A DNA stretch of 64,000 nucleotides from an uncultured beta proteobacterium (GTDB taxonomy: Bacteria > Pseudomonadota > Gammaproteobacteria > Burkholderiales > Burkholderiaceae_C). The stretch spans positions 66,833 to 130,832 of the forward strand of contig CAWBXT010000002.1 in assembly GCA_963792765.1 (NCBI GenBank). Direction: 5' to 3'. The notes below the pieces were generated by a model. The model saw only the letters and a program-made list of their open reading frames with translations, made no database searches and was not told the DNA's origin. This document shows positions 58,747-64,000 of the stretch, piece by piece. The first letter of the stretch is position 1. Every line of letters begins with the position of its first letter. The translations under genes were made by a program, and so were the position numbers.

Positions 58747-60021
58747 ATGAACGACAAGATCCTGCGTCCCCATCGGGGCCGTGCCCTGCTGAGTGCGCTG
58801 CCGGCGATGCTGCTCGCAATCGGCGCGACGGCGCGCGCCGACGCCACCGATGAGTCCATCACCAGCGCACTCGGGCGCGACAGCGAGGTCACGCTGCACT
58901 TGCGCAGCTACTACTTCGACCGCCTCAACCCCGGCGACGTGCAAAGCGCGGCCTGGGCACTCGGCGGCTGGGCAGGCTACAAGACGGGCTGGATCGCCGA
59001 CGCGCTTCAGTTCGGCGTCGTCGGCTACACCTCGCAGCGCCTGTGGGGACCGCAGGACAAGGGAGGTACCGGGCTCCTCGTGACGCCGCAGGACCCGTAT
59101 TCGGCGATCGGCGTCGCCTATGCCGCGCTCAAGCTGCACGAGCAGACGCTCACCGGCGGGCGGTTCATCGTGAACCAGCCCGAAATCAATCCGCATGACA
59201 TCCGCATGACGCCGATCACCTACCAGGGCGGATCGATCAGCGGGGTCGTTGCTGGCGTCGACTACTACGGCGCCTACTTCGATGCGACCAAGCCGCGGAC
59301 GAACGAGAAATTCATCAACTTCGTCGAGGCGGCGAATATCGACAGTACGGTCAGCGAACCGCTTTGGCTATTGAGCGTCGCGGGCAAACCGTTGAAAGGG
59401 CTCGACCTGCGGTTGTCGAGCTACTACGTCGCCAACGTGCTGAGTTCGACATTCGCGGACGCGCAGTGGCTGACGCCGCTGGCCGACGGCTACGATCTTC
59501 GCCTCAGCGCACAGGGGATGTACCAGTCGAGCACCGGTGACGATCTGCTCCAGGGCAAGGCGTTCACCACCTATTCGGCGGGACTCAGGGCCGACCTGCT
59601 GACCCGGGCCGCGGCGCTGTCCCTGGCCTATCAGCAGACCGGACGCGGCTCGAACTACAACACGCCGTATGGTGGCTGGGCCGGCTATCCGTCGATGATC
59701 GTGAAGGACTTCAACCTCGCCGGCATGAAGGCGTTGCTGCTCAGCGCCACATACGATTTCGCAGGACACAACCTGCCAGGCCTTTCGCTCAATGCCGGTG
59801 TCGCGCATGGCATGGACGCTATCAATCCTTCAACCGGCGTTGCGCAGCCGGACTGGACCGAGTACGACCTGACCGCCGACTACCGCTTCAGCGCCGTGAC
59901 TTGGCCCGAGTGGGCCCGGCCGTTCTGGCTGCGCGGGCGTGTCGCCTACGTCGACATGGGCTCGAACGGCGTCATCGACGACTACCGCATCATCCTGAAC
60001 TACGAGTGGGTGTTCAAGTAG
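58747..60021 (+). CDS. OprD-family outer-membrane porin
   Basis: Signal ALLSALPAMLLAIGATARA, then LHLRSYYFDR...GGWAGYKTGW... and the terminal YEWVF(K). Confidence 0.88.
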   Translation: MNDKILRPHRGRALLSALPAMLLAIGATARADATDESITSALGRDSEVTLHLRSYYFDRLNPGDVQSAAWALGGWAGYKTGWIADALQFGVVGYTSQRLWGPQDKGGTGLLVTPQDPYSAIGVAYAALKLHEQTLTGGRFIVNQPEINPHDIRMTPITYQGGSISGVVAGVDYYGAYFDATKPRTNEKFINFVEAANIDSTVSEPLWLLSVAGKPLKGLDLRLSSYYVANVLSSTFADAQWLTPLADGYDLRLSAQGMYQSSTGDDLLQGKAFTTYSAGLRADLLTRAAALSLAYQQTGRGSNYNTPYGGWAGYPSMIVKDFNLAGMKALLLSATYDFAGHNLPGLSLNAGVAHGMDAINPSTGVAQPDWTEYDLTADYRFSAVTWPEWARPFWLRGRVAYVDMGSNGVIDDYRIILNYEWVFK

Positions 60022-60043
60022 CCTGAAGCACCTCTCGCAGCGG

Positions 60044-61108
60044 TCACTTCGAGGCCGGCTTGGCGCCGTGCTCGCCGTGATGCTTGGCGTGGTGGCCGTT
60101 GTGGTGATAGCCCCAGTGCTCGCTGTCTTCGTACAGGACCAGTTGGTCCGGGCTCAGGCCCTTGCGCTTCTTGAGGTCTGCGATCAGCGCCGCATCGCTC
60201 AGATCCAGCGGATGCGACTTTGACCAGTCGTGCATCGCCGTTTCCTCCAGGCGCTTGACGGCTTCTGGGTCGTGGGATTCGATCGCAAGTTCGCGCCGCG
60301 CATCGAAGCTGCCTGGTGCCAGGTTGATCGAGCCGACGATTGCATGCGCACTGTCGGCGATCATCATCTTGGCGTGCAGCTTCAAGTGCTTGAGCGTATG
60401 CACCTTGGCGCCCACGTCCTGGAGGATGCGCAAGCCGCCCACACCTTCGATCAGTTTGTCGGGCTTGAGCGTGTGTGGCGGCTTCGCGAGGATGTGCAGC
60501 TTGACCCCGCGGCGCACCGCGCGCACGAGCCGCTCGATGATGACCTGGTCCTGGTAGCGTTCGTTCTGCAGCCAGAGCGTCTTCTGCGCGGCGTCGATGA
60601 AGTTGGCAATGCGCCGTCGGCCATTGTTTGGGCACCAGATCAACGTCGAATGAGTGGGTGGCTCGAAGTCCTTGTGCTCCCAGTCGGCGTCGAAGCAGGC
60701 AACCATCTCGGCCACCTCGTGGCCCTTGGTGGTGATGATCGCGTAGTCGCGCGTCTTCGTCAGGTCCTTCGGTTCCCAGTTGAGCGACTCGATGAAGCCG
60801 AGCCGTTCGTCGACCACCATCGACTTCTGATGTGTCAGCGCGAATGCGGGATTGCTGTCGCGCACGTCGACCCCAGCATCGATGAGTGCCTTGCGTGATT
60901 CATTGTTTTCGGATTCGCCGCTGCGACGCGCCGGATTGAGCATGACGCGCACTTTGACGCCGCGCTTGTGCGCGTCGATCACCGCGTCGAGCAGCGTCGT
61001 GTCGGTGAACAAGAACATGCGAATGTTGAGCGCCTTTGACGCTCCTGAGATCGCATCGAGCAGCGGCTTGGCCGTGTCATCGGGCAGAACGAGCAGTTTG
61101 TGCGACAT
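60044..61108 (-). CDS. Phospholipase D-family (two HKD motifs) protein with His-rich C-terminal tail
   Basis: HKD1 LTHQKSMVVD and HKD2 KLHAKMMIAD....GSINL, with tail EHWGYHHNGHHAKHHGEHGAKPASK. No signal peptide. Confidence 0.88.
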   Translation of the reverse strand: MSHKLLVLPDDTAKPLLDAISGASKALNIRMFLFTDTTLLDAVIDAHKRGVKVRVMLNPARRSGESENNESRKALIDAGVDVRDSNPAFALTHQKSMVVDERLGFIESLNWEPKDLTKTRDYAIITTKGHEVAEMVACFDADWEHKDFEPPTHSTLIWCPNNGRRRIANFIDAAQKTLWLQNERYQDQVIIERLVRAVRRGVKLHILAKPPHTLKPDKLIEGVGGLRILQDVGAKVHTLKHLKLHAKMMIADSAHAIVGSINLAPGSFDARRELAIESHDPEAVKRLEETAMHDWSKSHPLDLSDAALIADLKKRKGLSPDQLVLYEDSEHWGYHHNGHHAKHHGEHGAKPASK

Positions 61109-61187
61109 GAGGTTTGGTTCAGGCGAGGCGGCGAGGTGCCCGGATACTTGCAGCGCGCCGCAGTGAAGTCAAGAAGGAGTGCGGCTT

Positions 61188-62273
61188 TCAGCGATCCGCG
61201 TCGCCAGCCGCGAGGGCGCCAGCGTCGGTGATCCAGGCGCCGACAAGGGTGTAGGCGACGGCCAGCACGACCGGCCCGATGAAGATACCAACCAGGCCGA
61301 AGGCGAGCAGACCGCCGATCACGCCGGCGAAGATGAGGAGCAAGGGCAGGTCGGCGCCGCGCCGGATGAGCACCGGCCGCACGAAGTTGTCGATCGTCAT
61401 CGCGACAGAGCCGAGCAGCAACAGGACGGTGCCCCACAAGGTATCGCCCGTCCAATACACCCAGGCGATCGCCGGCACCAGCACGAGACCCGGGCCAAGC
61501 TGCGCAATGCACAGCATCAGCATCAGCGCGGTGAGCGGCCCGGCGAGGGGCACGCCGGCTATCGCCAAACCGATGCCGCCGATGCCGGCCTGGATCACTG
61601 CGGTGACGCCGACGCCGAGCGCGACGCCGCGAATCGCCTGCCCGCCGAGGGTGACGGCGATCACCCCGTACTTGCCCGCGAGGCGTTCGCCGAATTGACG
61701 TATCGCCCGTGCCGCTGTTTCGCCACTCGCATACATCAGCGCGGCGAGGGCGACGATCAGCAGGAACTGGATGAAAAGAACGCCGAGGCTGCCAGCGTGC
61801 GAGACCGACCACCTCGCGATGTCATCCGCGTAGGGCGTGACCTGCGCGATCAGATCCTGCGGGCGCGCAGCGGCGAGCTGCTCCCAGCCGTTGACCGCAA
61901 ACTCTCCGACGAAGGGCAGGCCACCCAGCCAGTCCGGCGGCGCAGGCAGTCGAAAGTTCACGATCGCCTTCGCCGCAGCAACGATCGAGGCCGAGTGCTC
62001 GACGATGGTCCCGATCGCCAGCATCAGCGGCGCCACGAACAGCAGCAATAGCAACAACGTCATCACTGCGACCGCCAGTATTCGGCGGTGCCACAGCCGC
62101 GTCTGAAACCACAGCAGCATCGGCCACGTGGCAACGACGATCATCGTCGCCCAGATCGTTGCTGCCAGGAAGGGTCGCAGTATCCACAACGAGGTGATGA
62201 TGAGCGCGCCGATCGCCAACACACCGAGCGTGGTGCGGACCAGGTCGCGCGGGGGTTGCTGCACAGGTTGCAT
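61188..62273 (-). CDS. AI-2E family (PerM/YhhT-like) transporter
   Basis: About 8 TM helices, including ...AMTIDNFVRPVLIRRGADLPLLLIFAGVIGGLLAFGLVGIFIGPVVLAV. Start at ATG 62273. Confidence 0.88.
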   Translation of the reverse strand: MQPVQQPPRDLVRTTLGVLAIGALIITSLWILRPFLAATIWATMIVVATWPMLLWFQTRLWHRRILAVAVMTLLLLLLFVAPLMLAIGTIVEHSASIVAAAKAIVNFRLPAPPDWLGGLPFVGEFAVNGWEQLAAARPQDLIAQVTPYADDIARWSVSHAGSLGVLFIQFLLIVALAALMYASGETAARAIRQFGERLAGKYGVIAVTLGGQAIRGVALGVGVTAVIQAGIGGIGLAIAGVPLAGPLTALMLMLCIAQLGPGLVLVPAIAWVYWTGDTLWGTVLLLLGSVAMTIDNFVRPVLIRRGADLPLLLIFAGVIGGLLAFGLVGIFIGPVVLAVAYTLVGAWITDAGALAAGDADR

Positions 62274-62313
62274 GGGCGTTGGCAGTTGGCGGACGACTCT
62301 GCGCGGTAGACGC

Positions 62314-62670
62314 TCAGGAGCGCAACTTCCAGGCGCCCGCGGCATCGCGGCAGAAGGTGAGCACCGTCTGCGCATTTCTTGCGCGATATTCGTTGGCGAT
62401 CAGGGCCTCGCGGCACTGCATGCCGTCGGCCTCGAAGCTGCGTTGCGGCGTGACGCTGCCGTTTGCCGGCGTCTGCTCGTTCTTCCACGTGAGCTTGACG
62501 CCATCGGCGTTCTCGCTCAACGCCTTGTCGATCGCCCCGAGAAAGAGCTTGTTGTCGGCCGCGTTGAAGCGCGAGATCGGCGATGCTGCCACCTCGCTCA
62601 GAATCTGCGCCCGCACTGTGCCGGCGAAAAGCAGACTGAAGGTGGCGATGAGGAGAGCGATGACTTTCAT
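62314..62670 (-). CDS. Small exported protein (surface-antigen-like), function unknown
   Basis: Signal MKVIALLIATFSLLFAGTVRA and a 98-aa mature part with 2 Cys. Only the last 118 codons of the 272-aa track ORF look protein-like. Confidence 0.65.
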   Translation of the reverse strand: MKVIALLIATFSLLFAGTVRAQILSEVAASPISRFNAADNKLFLGAIDKALSENADGVKLTWKNEQTPANGSVTPQRSFEADGMQCREALIANEYRARNAQTVLTFCRDAAGAWKLRS

Positions 62671-62755
62671 CTGGCCTTGCGTGGACGGGGCTGTGAGCAT
62701 CGATTGTGCATGAGCGTACGGGGCCGCGAAGCTCGTGCCCCGGATAATTCGAGTC

Positions 62756-64000
62756 ATGACGGACAAGGACGAATGGTTGGCGGTCGAGTCACTCGACCTC
62801 GAAGGGCGGGGCGTTGCACGCAATGCGCAGGGCAAGGTCGTCTTCGTCGAGGGCGCGTTGCCGGGCGAAGAGGTGCAGGTGCACGTCTCGCGCAGCAAGA
62901 ACAGCTGGGAGCAGGCCACGATGGTCGCGCTGCGCCGCGAAAGCGCACAGCGCGTGCGTCCGGTGTGTCCGCATTTCGGCCTCCACGCGGGCGCCTGCGG
63001 CGGCTGCAAGGTGCAGCACCTGCATTCCTCGGCGCAGGTTGCCGTCAAGCAACGGGTGCTCGAGGACAGCCTGTGGCATTTGGGCAAGGTGCGGCCCGAC
63101 AAGATGTTGCGCCCGATCGAGGGACCGAGCACCGGATATCGCCACCGCGCGCGGCTTTCGGTGCGTCACGTCCACAAGAAGGGCGTCGTGCTGGTGGGAT
63201 TTCACGAGCGCAAGTCGAGCTATGTGGCCGACATGACGAGTTGCGCGGTGCTGCCACCGCATGTGAGCGCGCTTCTGTTGCCGTTGCGCGAATTGATCTT
63301 CTCGATGGCGCAGCGCGACCGCCTGCCACAGATCGAACTGGCCGCCGGCGACGCGGTGACGGTCCTCGTGCTGCGCCACCTCGAGCCGCTGACCGAAGAT
63401 GATCTGGTGCGCCTGCGCGCATTCGCCCGTATCCACGGTATTCAATGGTGGCTGCAGCCGAAAGGCCCGGAAACGGTGGTTCCCCTGGACGCCGACGGGC
63501 AGCGCCTCGCTTACGGCTTACCCGAGTTCGGCATCAACATGCCCTTTGCGCCGACCGACTTCACTCAGGTCAACCCCCGGATCAACGAGGTGCTCGTCGG
63601 CCGCGCGTTGCGCCTGCTCGACGTGCAGCCGCATGAACGCGTGATCGACTGGTTCTGCGGCCTCGGCAATTTCACGCTTCCGATTGCGACGCGTGCGCAC
63701 GATGTGCTGGGCGTCGAGGGCAGCGAGGCGCTCGTGGCGCGTTCGCGCCGCAACGCGGTCGAGAACGAGAAGGCGCAGCCCGGGTTGGCCGGTCGCGTCC
63801 GTTTCGTCGCACGCAACCTGTTCGAGATCACACCGCAGGTCCTCGCAAGCGACGGCGCGGCCGACAAGTGGCTCGTCGACCCGCCGCGCGAAGGCGCATT
63901 CGCGCTCGTGAAAGCGCTCGCCGAGTTGCAGGGGGACCCGTTGCAGGCGTCAGGCTGGGCGCCGCCGCGCCGCATCGTCTACGTCAGCTGCAACCCCGCA
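62756..64000 (+). CDS. rlmD: 23S rRNA (uracil1939-C5)-methyltransferase, C-terminus beyond the right edge
   Basis: Own translation: [40 protein letters not shown] (TRAM), a [14 protein letters not shown] Fe-S motif, then [13 protein letters not shown]...[12 protein letters not shown]...DPPREGA. Absent from the ORF track because there is no stop in the window. Confidence 0.92.
   Translation, partial: MTDKDEWLAVESLDLEGRGVARNAQGKVVFVEGALPGEEVQVHVSRSKNSWEQATMVALRRESAQRVRPVCPHFGLHAGACGGCKVQHLHSSAQVAVKQRVLEDSLWHLGKVRPDKMLRPIEGPSTGYRHRARLSVRHVHKKGVVLVGFHERKSSYVADMTSCAVLPPHVSALLLPLRELIFSMAQRDRLPQIELAAGDAVTVLVLRHLEPLTEDDLVRLRAFARIHGIQWWLQPKGPETVVPLDADGQRLAYGLPEFGINMPFAPTDFTQVNPRINEVLVGRALRLLDVQPHERVIDWFCGLGNFTLPIATRAHDVLGVEGSEALVARSRRNAVENEKAQPGLAGRVRFVARNLFEITPQVLASDGAADKWLVDPPREGAFALVKALAELQGDPLQASGWAPPRRIVYVSCNPA

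Overview
High-GC (about 68-70% by eye) chromosomal segment from a betaproteobacterium, probably Burkholderiales. Supporting context: EF-P with Arg32 next to earP, surE-pcm-nlpD-rpoS, hupB-tRNA-Val-ppiD-tRNA-His, uvrC-pgsA. I call about 60 protein genes, 2 tRNAs, and a few promoters and terminators. Most are core housekeeping or metabolism genes (gcvT, katG, metY, scoAB, pyrD, rpiA, mnmC, efp/earP, uvrC, pgsA, hupB, ppiD, rpoS cluster, gltS, rlmD). I saw no CRISPR array, transposase, integrase or phage genes. The best candidates for undescribed biology are: (1) a translationally coupled LytTR operon made of a kinase, a His-less kinase paralogue, an exported cupin and a response regulator (5675-9095); (2) an ATGA-coupled DUF2868 membrane protein plus DUF3482 P-loop GTPase pair (19014-21943); (3) an all-exported DUF3300 / DUF2950 / double-VOC lipoprotein / mini-lipoprotein operon (52391-55842); (4) a TAXI-type binding lipoprotein overlapping gltS and followed by an OprD porin, with no TRAP permease (56041-60021). 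Three conserved genes (thioredoxin-fold gene, surE, patatin/Omp85 gene) appear frameshifted, so assembly indels or real gene decay must be considered. Region 2609-4343 is gene-poor and carries a truncated binding-protein gene. All family names come from my own reading of the translations; no database search was run.
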